The translations under genes were made by a program, and so were the position numbers. A DNA stretch of 64,000 nt from Carpediemonas membranifera BICM (taxonomy: Eukaryota; Protista; Fornicata). Location of the stretch: NCBI GenBank assembly GCA_019828565.1, contig JAHDYR010000067.1, positions 745,094 to 809,093 of the forward strand, in the 5' to 3' direction. The notes under the pieces were generated by a model. It saw only the letters and a program-made list of their open reading frames with translations, had not been told where the DNA came from and made no database searches. Positions 37,620-49,584 of the stretch are shown here, piece after piece; position 1 is the first letter of the stretch, and every line of letters begins with the position of its first letter.

Positions 37620-39413
37620 CTGGCCATTCTAACAGTATGTCCATACTCTCCTCTTGAACCCCATAGAGGTAGTATTCGGCCAAGTCAAGGCCTATGTCGC
37701 CGCATTTTAAGGAAAGGCTTCGTTTGCCCAGTATCCTCCATGCCTTCGACCTGGTCAGGACTCTGACATCCTCCGGACTCTACTCAAAGCATGCTATGCT
37801 TTGCAAAATGCTGTTTATTCAGTAGCGCTGGCTTTGCGGCCACGGAAACATCAGGCACGGAGCTTCTCAAGGCTAGCAACGAATGAGATAACGAGGGAGT
37901 ACACTTCGGGCGGACGGGAATGCTGATGAAGGTCGGCTTTTGAGCCTCTCTACGGCGGGGGGACGTAGTCGTTTGGATGACGGTGTCGTGTGAGGGGTCT
38001 ATAAGACGGCTTTGCGGCAGCGCTACGGTTGCAGGTGCATTGTCGATTTCATATGCCCATGCCGCGATGATTTTTCCAGGCAGCAGCGAGCTCATTGTCT
38101 CGTACCAACTCCTTCATCGCGTTAACGACCACCGCGTCAACGACAGCTGATCGCCGTTTACCTCAATACGCTTTTGAATGGGCATCCATTGGCGTTACGC
38201 GACCGGTAACGCACGGCACTACTGCATGTTACAGTTCTCGACATCGGCTTCTCATCAAAAAGTTCTTCTCGCCCAATCAAACTTCTGGACACTTTTAGAT
38301 CCAAAACTGCAATAACCATTTTGCCCTTGATCGGGTTTCGAATGGAAACCTCACTTCGTCAGTTTCTTTATTTGGCGACAGCTTGCACTCACCGCCATGG
38401 ACTATCAAAACGATTTTCAGCCCTTTTTCTCAACGACATTCGTTCGAAACGGCCTTCTGCAGCTTCCAACGACAAGTTCGAGGCCTATTCCGCCCAAAGT
38501 TCCGACGACGAAGCACTATCTGTCCGTATGCTCGTTTCCAGCCGCGTGCTACGCCTGATCCGCCTTCGCATTGACAGCGACGACCTTCCAGATGAAAACG
38601 TCCTGTCGGCGATCTACTCCGCCTTCTTCGCTCCCAAGAGCACTCAGGCCGTTCTGTCTGGGTGGCGCCTGCAGGACGAGTTCGTTGGCAAGCATTTTCT
38701 CCAGGTGAGAATCGACGCGCGCTGCTCGTATGCCTGGGTCGAAAGTCGACTGCTGTAAAGCAGAGAACTGCGCTATTGTCCGCTCCGGTACAGGTGGCGA
38801 AGTAGATGTAAACCGAACCGGCTGGTGGTGACGAGGGACCGGCTCACGGAAAGCGAAGAGGATCATGTCTGTACGATTATCGTGAAGGCACAGGAGACTT
38901 TCGTTTAGCGCTCGCGGCTAACGATCATTCTCGACGCGCCAGTGGTCTCGCTGTAGAAGCCAGAAACAACCCGGCAATGCTCTGCAAATTGGCATAGATG
39001 TCTGCAGCCAAACTGTTGCAGCATCGTGCGAGAAGTGTGGGTCGTCGAGACAGAAATCCGACGGCAACTCAAGTGGTGGAGCCACTCGCTCGCGGGCAGA
39101 TCGAGGATGAAAGCCTTCATGCGCTTGTGGTACTCGGAGCTACAGCAAGCCCGGTGACAGTGAAGACCGGGTTCGCGTGAAAGTAGGTGCTTCGGCAGCC
39201 ATGGACTGGCTCTCGAGCAGGATAACGATGCGGCGGTTCATGCTTGCTCCAGGGTGAAGGGGCAGTCAGCGTGTACCTGATTCCGTCATATTCCTTCAGG
39301 CCCTGGTTGCGAAGGTCAGAACGCGAGCCTATAGTGATTCCGACATGACGCATTCATACGTGATGAGGATGGTCGCTGATGCGTCTGGTACCAATTTGCC
39401 AAGTCCTCTCCAT
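37620..39413. other. Noisy copy-4 block: Tc1 remnant, zinc-knuckle ORF, gypsy fragment (~38312-38660) and caspase-fold ORF
   Basis: Colinear with 4070-5850. Confidence 0.8.
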
Positions 39414-39598
39414 TTGGCAACTACCACTTTTTTCCAACACTGGTAGCTGGCCGAACCAGCTATAGGGAAGGATATGGACCACAATAAGCAAAGCATTCTG
39501 GTGTTACAGATAAGATATTGTATGTGTGTCCTTTTACGGTGTGAGACGGCCCCATCAATCCCGAGAAATACCGCGTCCGTTTGCAAGAAAAAAATCAG

Positions 39599-40423
39599 AT
39601 GGCGAAGAAAGGCGCTCCCCACCAAAGCCGCAGCCTGGGGGTATCAGAATACCATTACGTCCACTGCGGGCAGGGACGCCGCCGTCTGCGCCTTCAAAAT
39701 GATTCTCAGGAGGATTCCTCAAGCAGAAGATTCCATCATTGAATCCGTTGTGCATACTCGGGCACTGCATCCGGATCTGGTCGCCGCGATCTACCCAAAC
39801 ACTCCCGAGGAGTCGATCAGGGGAGCTTAAGGGAGGCCGAGGAAGGGACCTTCCTCCCTCGAACCCCCGAGTTGGTTATCCACCCGGCTGACCCACCCCT
39901 CCATCCGTTGCCGTTGAGGTGCAGCCTTGTCTGGCTCCCCGACCACACGGACGTGGGTAGAGGCCTCATTGCAACTGCCGCAATTGAGCCCGGAAAGCTC
40001 CTCGGCATTTACGCCGGTAGGATTGTGTCCGACGAGGGACTACCACGCGAATAACAGCAACATGGTGTTTGTTCATTGTTCATTATGCCTTTACACGGCA
40101 TTTCATTCGACGCTAGCAACCTTCACGTCGACGCCGGCGAAGGTGAAGGCATTAGTGTACACCCTCATCAACCACAGTGAGAGTGACACCAACTGCCAGT
40201 TCACCAACCGTTTGCTCAAGGACCTTCCAGTCCTTGCGGTTGGAGATCGACGAACGTCATTCGAGGCCGAAGGAGTTTCTTCGTATCAGTTACGGCGAGA
40301 TCTTCTTTGATGCGGGTGAGGTCTTAACCATTGCTAGGTTCCCGAGTCTGCCATTTCTCATCCGAACTATCTCACGCAAGGTTCCTGGAGCGGTATCCGG
40401 CACTCAAGAAGCGGAAGAAATGA
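39599..40423 (+). CDS. SET-domain methyltransferase, copy 4 (indel-broken)
   Basis: GRGLIAT, INHS and EFLRISYG fragments. Confidence 0.78.
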
Positions 40424-40449
40424 ATTAAAATGTCAAAACGTCTCTCTTT

Positions 40450-41111
40450 TTACTCCGGGAACTCCACGCTTAACGTCCTCGGCATCAACAACTCTCTTTT
40501 CGCGATCCTTATCGACTGCCTTGCGCTTGATATAAGTCGTATGAGCCTTTCTCTTACCACCCTTTGAACGTTTGCGGACAAATAGCGTCGCATGCTCATC
40601 CTTGACGACCACAATAGCTTGCGCCGCAGCCACATCTTCATCAGATCCACGCCGGACCATGCCGGACTCATAAACTTCCGTCAAATGCATCCGCACAATA
40701 TACTTGTCATGGTGCGTCAACATCTTGACCCAGATAACGACTACAGTCTTGCTCTTCAGAGCTGACCAGGCCATGACACCAAAGTTGCTGTACCAATCAG
40801 TGGCATCGTCGAACATCAGGGTGGGCACGAACACGTTAGACGTCTCAAGCCTCAGCCTCTCGCCAGCATCGGAGAATCCCCAGGCGCGCACCTCCTCCCC
40901 TCACTGCTGCCACTTCCTCTGCCGCAAACTTCTTGTCGAACTCGCCATTCTCAACCTTCTGCAGGCGGTAGCCGATGCACAATCCATCCGGGTTGACTGC
41001 AATCTTCCGCCAACTCTTACGATCTTTTGAGAACTCGCTCGCCTACCTTGTCGTACTCCCACGTCGATGTACTTCTGCCTATCAACGTCGCTCCCGTAAG
41101 TATATCTGCAT
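40450..41111 (-). CDS. OTU-like domain, copy 4
   Basis: Repeat of 6873-7530. Confidence 0.6.
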
Positions 41112-42615
41112 AGGGGAACATTGGCAGGCGTCGGAGAGTGCTGTTTGATGATAGCCTTCATCTCTGGCGACAGACCGAGGTCGAGGGGTGGGACCGTTAT
41201 GAACTTCTGGCCCCCGTACCTCATCATGGTGCTATTGATCCGAGTCCATAAGGCTCCAGTCACATTGTTCCTCTGGAACAGTACCATCAAGGCAGCGAGA
41301 GGAACGTAGCGGTCAAGCTCCACTGTTGCCCTCCTCGGCGCGCCTGACAAGCTCAGCCCAGTTGTCCTCGAGTTCATCGGCGAGCGCTTCAAGCCCAGCC
41401 TCACTCGCCCGTGCCAACTCTGCTTGGAGTAAACTGATGGATCGCCTGATCCTCGGCCTTCTGCTGACCTAACTCAGCTTCAAGTCTCTTCTGGGACTCC
41501 TCAGACTCTCTGTTAGCCTGTTCAAGCGCCTCCCTCGCCTCCCTCTCCTCAGCAAGCCGTTTTATCAAGGGCTCGTACTGCTCCAACAAGCGCACAGACT
41601 CAGGGACATCATCAAGGCCTGCAATGGTGTCGTCTAGCTGCTGAAGGAGAGAACCAACGGTGTCTGTGTCGTCCACATCGGACTCTACGTCGACGTCTTG
41701 ATCAGACTGTGGCAAAGGAACGCCGTCACCCTGCATGGCGGCCGGTTCAGAGTGGCCATCGGACTCGGACTCGTCAGTGTCGGAAAATTCATCGTGTGTC
41801 GTGGACTCTGCGTCGACAACCGGAAGCGGCTGAGGGGCAGCAACGACGGAAGAAGGCTTGGTGGCTGCTGCTGAGGCGATCCTGGGCCCGGACTAACTCC
41901 TCTTGGACCTTCATCAGAGCAGCAGTCGATGAGGCGAGCTCCTTCTCAAGACGAGCGATCTTCCTCTTCAGAGGAGCTGACGGATCGAGCGAACCGATCT
42001 TAGCCAACTCCTCGGCCAGCTTCTCTGAGCCAGCGAAGGACAGCTTCTTGCTGAGCTGGGCGTGGGCGATAAACTGGCCAAATTGGCCTGCCGGAACACG
42101 AGAATCGAGTTTCTTCGAGTCCTTGTGGCGCAACACAAGGTGGAATGCGCGGTAAATCTCAACCTGCTTCTCAACAGGGGAGCGAGTCGACGCCGACTAG
42201 AGCCTTATGAACAGATTTGGCGGTGAAGTGGTCACAAAACTTCCGTCGGAATGCCCTCAATTGTGTCGGGAGAGTCAAAGTCGACCTCGCAGAGGTAGTT
42301 GCGGTTAGTTGCGTCACATATCGCGCGTAGTTTGGCAACTCCATAGTCGTGAACGTGCTGGCTTAAAGTGCGCTTCAGCAGGGAACCCGAAAACAACGTT
42401 GATCGTACGAATGCTGATCAGACGGACGCAAACGAAGAACAGAGGGTCATCAGAGACGATGCCGTGATCTTGCAGCCAGGTTATACGGCTCTTTGTGGAC
42501 GAAAGGGCGTCGTATGCACGGAATGAATCATCTGTGTAAATAGGACCGTGAAAATGAAATGAAATGAAATGAAAAAAATGAAAGTGACATACCAGAATCG
42601 TCAGGGAGCAAGCAT
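41043..42615 (-). CDS. Coiled-coil/acidic protein, copy 4 (indel-broken)
   Basis: Repeat of 7464-9025. Confidence 0.68.
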
Positions 42616-43349
42616 TGTCTCCTTCAGTTTGCCGAGAGAGATGATGTCTTCGTTAACCATTGTCAATTTGGTCCTCAGAAGACTTTCTCGAAAAAAATGA
42701 AATACGTTTTATCTCAATAAATATTGCCAGCTGTCATGTAAATACCTCCGATCAGCCATAAAGACCCAAGAGCTACCCCTTGGCCGATTTTTCAGCTCAT
42801 TCTGCACCTGCGCTGTTTTTGGCCGTTTTTCGATGGACATCTCCTCGCTCCATTTTTCGATTTTTGTCAATTTGGTCCTCAGAGGACACAGATTAAATTT
42901 TTTCAGTGTCCTCTGAGGACAACATTGACAGGATTTGTAGCTTATCCATGGCCAGAAACTGAAATCGCTGAAAAGCTCCAGAGACGTCGTTATATCATCT
43001 ATAACGGCATCTCTGAGCTTTTAAGCACACAGTTTCATCCTGACGTGGAGATCGATGGTGGTGAAAATGAAGAATTGACTAGGAGATCTCTACGCTTGCA
43101 TGCAGCCTTCTATTAGGTTGTTGATGTTGGTTATATGCTTCTTTTTCGTTCTCGATGCGTGTGGATGAGTATTCTGTTGCAAGATTCATTTTTGATGGAC
43201 TGATGTTGGTTATAGAGGATAAAAGGCACCAGAATGGATCATATGCATGCTATAAACCCGTTCTGTGCCGTTGGAATACCATAGCTGCGCAGCAATGTCG
43301 AGAGTCACAGTTCATTTCACATTTTCACACGCATTTTAAGGAAACAACG

Positions 43350-44112
43350 ATGGCAAGAAGTAAACAAGGCAATATACAGGCCACTGAAGCTCAAAAGGAG
43401 AGGAGAATGGCTCTTGGCAAGAAAGCGCAGCAAAAGAGCCAGAGCAAGTCCAACAAGTCTACGAAAACAGCCCGAAAAGCTCACAAGACGCCCATTGAGA
43501 TCGTTCAGACCTTTATCAGCAATTTCCTCCTTAATAATGACGATATTACCCGCGCAAACGGATGGGTTGTCGACTTCAGCCAGAAGTTTGCCGCCGAGGT
43601 CCCTAAGATGAAAGTAGCCTCCTTGAAGAAGGACAAGCTCTACGGCAATCTCCAGTCGGTCGAAGAGATCAGCCGCAAGTGGCAGGGGAGGCGGTGATGA
43701 GGACAAGCGTCACCGCTTCAAGGCTCTCCTCAGTCTTGACGCCCAGACAGATGAGCTGGACACGGACGACCCACTCATCGCGACTGTCCGCGAGATGGAT
43801 GATGCCTTTCACCGCATTCCCATCGCCTACCGGGCTAAGGTCCATGCCTTCGCTGCTTCATCGTGCGGTGTGACGGTCGATGACGTCAAGCTCGTCCTGA
43901 GCAAGCCTTGCCGTGACCGCGACGCGGATCTCATCTTCGCCAGACCCACCAGAGTTCTGAAGAAGGAGGCTAAGACACTCAGTCAGCTCACTTCTGTCAT
44001 TGCCAAGCGGAATGCGGAACGTGCTGAGGCTGAATCGCGTGATGTGCTGCGTCGCAAGGTATACCAAGCCATCATGAATTACTACTTAGAGTGTTCGGCA
44101 CAGGAGCTATAA
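43350..44112 (+). CDS. H3-tail-like N-terminus protein, copy 4 (cleanest N-terminus)
   Basis: MARSKQGNIQATEAQKERRMALGKKAQQKSQSKSNKSTKTARKAHKTPIE in one frame; a single G-run slip near 43685. Confidence 0.78.
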
Positions 44113-44136
44113 ATTCTTGTTTTATTTTCATTTCAT

Positions 44137-45064
44137 TTACACTTCTTCGTCATCCTCAACGGAAATATTCCATTCACTGTCCCAGAAGTTGGCTTTCTTC
44201 TCCTTACGCATCTCGGTCCTCGTTTCCTTGATCTCTTTGACCAGTGTGGAAAGAACGAAGGTTGTAATGGCGGATAATCATCAACTTCTGCCTGATTCGG
44301 GTGACGTTAGGCCGTTTTTGCCGCACGTTCACGGCGCACGGACACACGGGTGCGTTCCACGAACGAGTCAACACTCCTCTTGTCGGAAGCAGGCATCCCA
44401 TGAGCGTGCTGATCAAGTCTATTACCATGGTTGGTCACGCGGATCAACGTAGAGCCTTGCATTATCATCCCACAGCACTCTGTCAGGCTCTTGCCGAGGT
44501 TGGTCCACTTGTTGGGACCCATCGTGCCCTCCATCGTGACAATGGCAAGTGGGTTGCCCCCCGTGTCCACCAGCTGCTCGACCTGCGACGGGTCCGATGA
44601 CTCCTTGAGGCCAAAGGACGCATACATGTCCTGGAGTCGCTTGTCGCACTGCAGTCGGACGAGTTCTTCGGCAGATGCTATGCTAAGAAGCACCCTCGCG
44701 AACCCAAGACCTCTGCAGGAGACGGCTGTCCGTAAGCCGATGACAAACCGCTCCTGGTGCAGTTGTCCGCTCAGGGTCTGCCCCTCCCTGTACGACTCGC
44801 GGAAGAGAAGGCATGCAGCCTTGATGTTGTCCATCTCAACCCCACGAATTGCGATGAGACTGTGTTAACAAGAAGTGTAGTGGGTCTGACATACATGACG
44901 AATGAGTAGTTCAGACAGTCGAGGTTCGAAGTCGCCAGATCTCTGTTGAAGAAGGCCCTGACAGACGGCAAGAGCTCAGACTTGTCTGAAAGCTTGACAT
45001 ATTGAATATAGGCCTTGTGTTGCGATAAATTCATCGTCAGCCATGTCGGAAGTGGCGTTTCCAT
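44137..45064 (-). CDS. GNAT acetyltransferase, copy 4
   Basis: ORFs 44771-45064 and 44307-44834 joined by the 35 nt intron. Confidence 0.74.
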
Positions 45065-45188
45065 TGTTTTTCACCAAACAAGTGACGTAATGTGAAAATT
45101 GTGAAACTACCAATGTTGAAAAAAAAAATTGGTAGTTGGGGGAAACACACCAAATGGGATGTACTGACCAATAAAACTCCTTTACTCA

Positions 45189-47728
45189 CTACTCAGCGCG
45201 TGCATGACCGCAAATGCAGCAAACAAGCTCCTCACCCATGTCTGCCAACTCGCAAACCATCACCCCAGACTCTTCGTCCCATGCCAAAGCCGTATAATCG
45301 TTGACGTACTGCCACATCTCGTCAACGAGCTCCTGGAAGAGGCGCACCACCGCCGCCGTGGCATGGAATTGGTGCCTTGCCTCCATGTGGCTGCGAATGG
45401 CGAACCATGAGCGAGCTTGTCTGCAGCATTGGTGGACTCGGACACGACGAAGCCTGTTCAGCGGGGGACTGAGTAGTCCTGGCGACCGAACGAGCGAATA
45501 CCCGTTAAGAACGTGCAGATGAGGGTGGTCTGCTCGGTCAAACACAGCTTCTCGATCATGGCCGACCTGTGCAACTCGGCTCGGACCTCCTGGTTCTTGA
45601 TGAACTCTCTCTCAAAGAACTCCTCGAGGAGGTAAAAAAAGAGGAATGCGGAGATGATCGTGAAGAAGAGGCTGGGCAGTGAGCCTGCTGTTGACATAGA
45701 GTGTCTGGGCACATGGCTTCTCCGCCTTGTCTGCTTGCCCAGGAGGGAGCAACGCCAGCTTTGTCTGGTGTGCCTGCAGACTGAGCATGACGTGGAACAG
45801 GTGGCACATGGACGCGGCCAAGAAGTGGAATGCGACTTTGCTGTCGGTGACAGGCTCGGTTGAGTAGTAAAGAGCCTGGAGATAGCCAATGAGTCGCACA
45901 ATATCTTGGACGGACTCAGGAAGAGCCTCGTAATCCTCGTTCGTGGTGTTCGCCATGCGAACTCTGGCAGCAGACTGCTCGTTGCACCCGACAGTGCGGT
46001 CAATACTGCGGTTGGATGACATGCGCTGGAGCTTGCGCTTGTCTACGGCAGTTGCGTTCCGATCAGCGGGGAAGCTGGCGCATAGCCGTGCCACTTGCTC
46101 GAGCAGGCGGTGCGAGTTGTGCATGATCGGAGGACAAAAGACAACTCGCTCCGTGTGGATGACTCGGGGCTCTGGCCGGTTCTCGAAGATGGCCCTCTTG
46201 TCGGAGAAGTTGCCATACTCCTCTTTCGGGTCCTGCACACGGTCGGGGTCGGCCTGCACGGCGTGGAACGCTGCCTTCTGCTCGAGCAAATCATGCAAGG
46301 TGACCCGAGAGTGCGCCGGAATGGGGTGCAGCGCCTTGTGGTCTCGACGGATGCTGTTGAAGGGCTGGGGATAGTGCCCTCCATTACCCTCGATGCCGGA
46401 TGACAGCTTCCTGATGGCCGCGTGATCGCCCATGACGATGACTTGGTCGAAGGTGGTGACCTGGTCAGTTCCTCTGATCGGTATGAGGGGCTTGATAGAT
46501 CCGCTCGACTTCTTCCTCAACGAGTTGAAGGTTTCCCTCCTCCGTCAGCTCCTTCTCACCGGCAAGACACTCAACGAGTCGGAAGGGGGGGAGTGATGCG
46601 GTTAGGGAACGTGAAGCCTGACGGGTCGTAGATGCGGATCTTGAACGTTGCGGTATGTCCCTTCCATGCGTCGAGCCACAGGAGTAGTTTTAGTGGTTGG
46701 AACTCGACATGGCCTGGGTCCTGAAGGGCACGAGAGCAACGCTCGAAGTTCGTCTGGTCAGACTCGAGCCACTCCGGGTGAAGCACTGCCTGCTGCAGAT
46801 AGTACACGCCATCGAACCACACCGTTTCCACCTTGTCCCAGGTCGAGCTGTTCAGTCGCTTGCCCAGATGGGCGATACCTACACTGCCTTTGAGGGACTG
46901 GTAGTGCTGGACAGCGTCGGATTCGCTGTCATAGTGGAGGGTGAGCGTCGGTCGCTCCCAAGTGTGGTCGGCGACGAGGTCGTGGTCGAAAAACGGAGTC
47001 GGCTCGGCTCCGTCGGCTACAGTCAAACGGTTCGTGAGCTCAAGTCGCGACTGCGTGCCGGACATGGTACGCCGCCATGTTGTATTGCCTGAGACCGACC
47101 TGCACGGCACGAGATGCTTGACGAAGGCGCGCTCCTCCTCAGTGAGGGCCTCTGAGACACCAGATATTCTGGTCATGTCAATGCCAAGGTCCTTAATGAG
47201 CACCTCCGCGGTCTTGTTCTTCGAGATCGGCTTTCCAAGCCGGCGGGAGATGTTGTTGATGAGCTTAAAGAGCTCTTGGGTCGAGTTGAAGCCATTGCGG
47301 ACGTACATCAGGATCGATGTGAGCTCCATGATCTCAGAAAAGTTGGCGGAGCGCTCCTCTGAGTCGTTGTAGTCCTGCACAGCACGCTCCTGGATGGCGT
47401 GGGTGCGGTAATCGTCCCGTACGAAGACAGGGTGAGGAGGGTGTTGATTTCCGTGTGCGGTTGCGGCACGTTGGAAGGGACGGGAGTCTGCTGGAGGGCG
47501 GAAGAACCTTGCGTCGTGAATGCGCTGGGAGATCAGGTCCGCCTCCTCCATCTCGCGGACGAGCTGGCAGAATTGCTCGCGCTGAGGTCTTGTTCTGGCG
47601 GAGTTGAGGCCAATTCCGACCATGGCGAAGTAGGTACAGCCAAGAAGGTAATTCATGCGCTCAACTGAGCGTGGCTGGTCATCATATATTGTACCGATGT
47701 GGCTCTCGAACACAATATGAGCAACCAT
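45189..47728 (-). CDS. RAG1/Transib-like DDE transposase, ~845 aa, copy 5 (cleanest)
   Basis: Continuous after three homopolymer corrections. Motifs in order: KLLLWLDAW (D ~46671), RLVECLAGEKE, TFDQVIVMGDHAAIRKLSSGIEGNGGHYPQPF (D ~46426), CPPIMH, YVNSRLTAQP...LEEFFE (E ~45612). Order and spacing follow the RAG1/Transib/CMC catalytic core. Confidence 0.75.
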
Positions 47729-48793
47729 GATTTCTGTAGAGTTTAAAAAAACAAGATTTTTGTACAAAAACTAGGCAGGTACATGCGCAACGGTCTGTGA
47801 GATAAATCAGACAATTTGGCTGTTGCTATAGCTCTATAAGAGCAGCTACAACTGCGCTGCCGGGGTTCCTTCTTCTTCTCTGGCCGTTTCAACACTATTT
47901 CACAATTTCACCAGTTTCACACAATTGGTGAAACAATGTTCAGAACTCCTTCAGTTTATGGACGTTGGCTCCGAAACTAAAGCAGTGTGTGTATGAGAGT
48001 GCCTGATTAAGATTCATCTGATTTTCATCTGCATTACTTGCGAATTTGCTGTTGTGCTCCTTGTGCACAAAAAAAGCAAATCTGGATTTGATCTCGAATA
48101 TTGCCATGATGAAGGCGACACAAAATGCTCATTTGCCAACCAGTGCAGCTAGAAGAAAATGGTAAAAAGTTATGGATACTGCATGGGATGAGGCCCCCGT
48201 TGATGTGTTAAACGGCCATGATCGACCGCTCAACGTCAGCGCCTCTTTGGGCACCTTCTGCGGCGGTGGATCATGCCAATTGCCGATCTCAGCTCTATGG
48301 AGCTAAGTGCACTTGAGCTCTGAGCCAAGTCTTCTGATTCCATCTTATCGCCGATAAAAAAATTGCAAATTTTGAGATACAGAAGATTGAATCTGTCCCC
48401 CAGAAAACCGAACATACTCCGATGATGTATACTGACTATATACCACCGTAGTATGGCCTGCTTTCTGGGGGACAGCTTCATTCTTTTGATTGGTTGATTC
48501 AGTCATTAGTTCCCGGCGACTGAGAAGGAGTTGACGCATAAAAACAACAGAGGATACTCTTTAGAACACACAGACTTTGCTGACAAGGCCACTTGGTCGT
48601 ACGACCACTTTTGCCTTCGACCTTAAAATGCGAGAGGCAATTTGCTCGACCACCAATCTCGCACATGTTACATCAAGCATGGATATGTCATTAATGCACT
48701 CGCATCTATCATTTCAGCTGCTTCTTAGGACTTCGAACGCCCTGAAGCACGAATAAGGAATTTGCGTTTATCCTCCGTATATCCCCGGATTAA

Positions 48794-48985
48794 CTGGCCA
48801 TTCTAACAGTATGTCCATACTCTCCCTTCTTGAACCCCATAGAGGTAGTATTCGGCCAAGTCAAGGCCTATGTCGCCACGCATTTTAAGGAAGAAGGCCG
48901 TTTGCCCAGTATCCTCCATGCCTTCGACCTGGTCAAGGACTCTGACATCCTCGGACTCTACGCCAAGCATGGCTATGCTTTGTAA
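48794..48985 (+). pseudogene. Tc1/IS630 transposase remnant, copy 5 (63 aa open)
   Basis: LAILTVCPYSPFLNPIEVVFGQVKAYV...LYAKHGYAL*. Confidence 0.78.
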
Positions 48986-48992
48986 ATGCTGT

Positions 48993-49430
48993 TTATTCAA
49001 GTAGCGCTTGGCTTTCGGCCACGGAAACATCAGAAGGCGACGGAGCTTCCTCAAGGCTAGCAACGAATGAGATAACGCGGGAGTACACTTCTGGGCGGAC
49101 GGGAATGCTGATGAAGGTCGGCTTTTGAGCCTCTCTACGGCGGGGGACGTAGTCGCTGGATGACGGTGTCGTGTGAGGGGTCATAAGACCGGCTGGTGGC
49201 GTAGCTACGGTTGCAGTTGCATTGTCGATTTCATATGCCCATGCCGCGATGAGTTTTCCAGGCAGCGAGCGCGAGAGCTCATTGTCTCGTACCAACTCCT
49301 TCATCCGGGGCGTTAACACCGCGTCAACGGCTGCTTGATCGCTGTTTACCTCCAATACGTTTTTGAATGGGCATCCATTGGCGTTATGACCGGTAACACG
49401 GCACCTACTGCATGTTACAGTTCTCGACAT
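48993..49430 (-). CDS. Zinc-knuckle (CX2CX4HX4C) protein, 145 aa
   Basis: MSRTVTCSRCRVTGHNANGCP; intact in this copy and convergent with the Tc1 remnant. Confidence 0.68.
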   Translation of the reverse strand: MSRTVTCSRCRVTGHNANGCPFKNVLEVNSDQAAVDAVLTPRMKELVRDNELSRSLPGKLIAAWAYEIDNATATVATPPAGLMTPHTTPSSSDYVPRRREAQKPTFISIPVRPEVYSRVISFVASLEEAPSPSDVSVAESQALLE

Positions 49431-49584
49431 CAGCTTCCCATCAAAAAGTTCTTCTCCCAATCAAACTTCTGGACACTTTTAGATCAAAACTGCAATAACC
49501 ATTTTTGCCCTTGATCGGGTTTCGAATAAACCTCACTTCGTCATTAGTTCTCTTTATTTGGCCACAGTAAGCTTACTCACCGCC

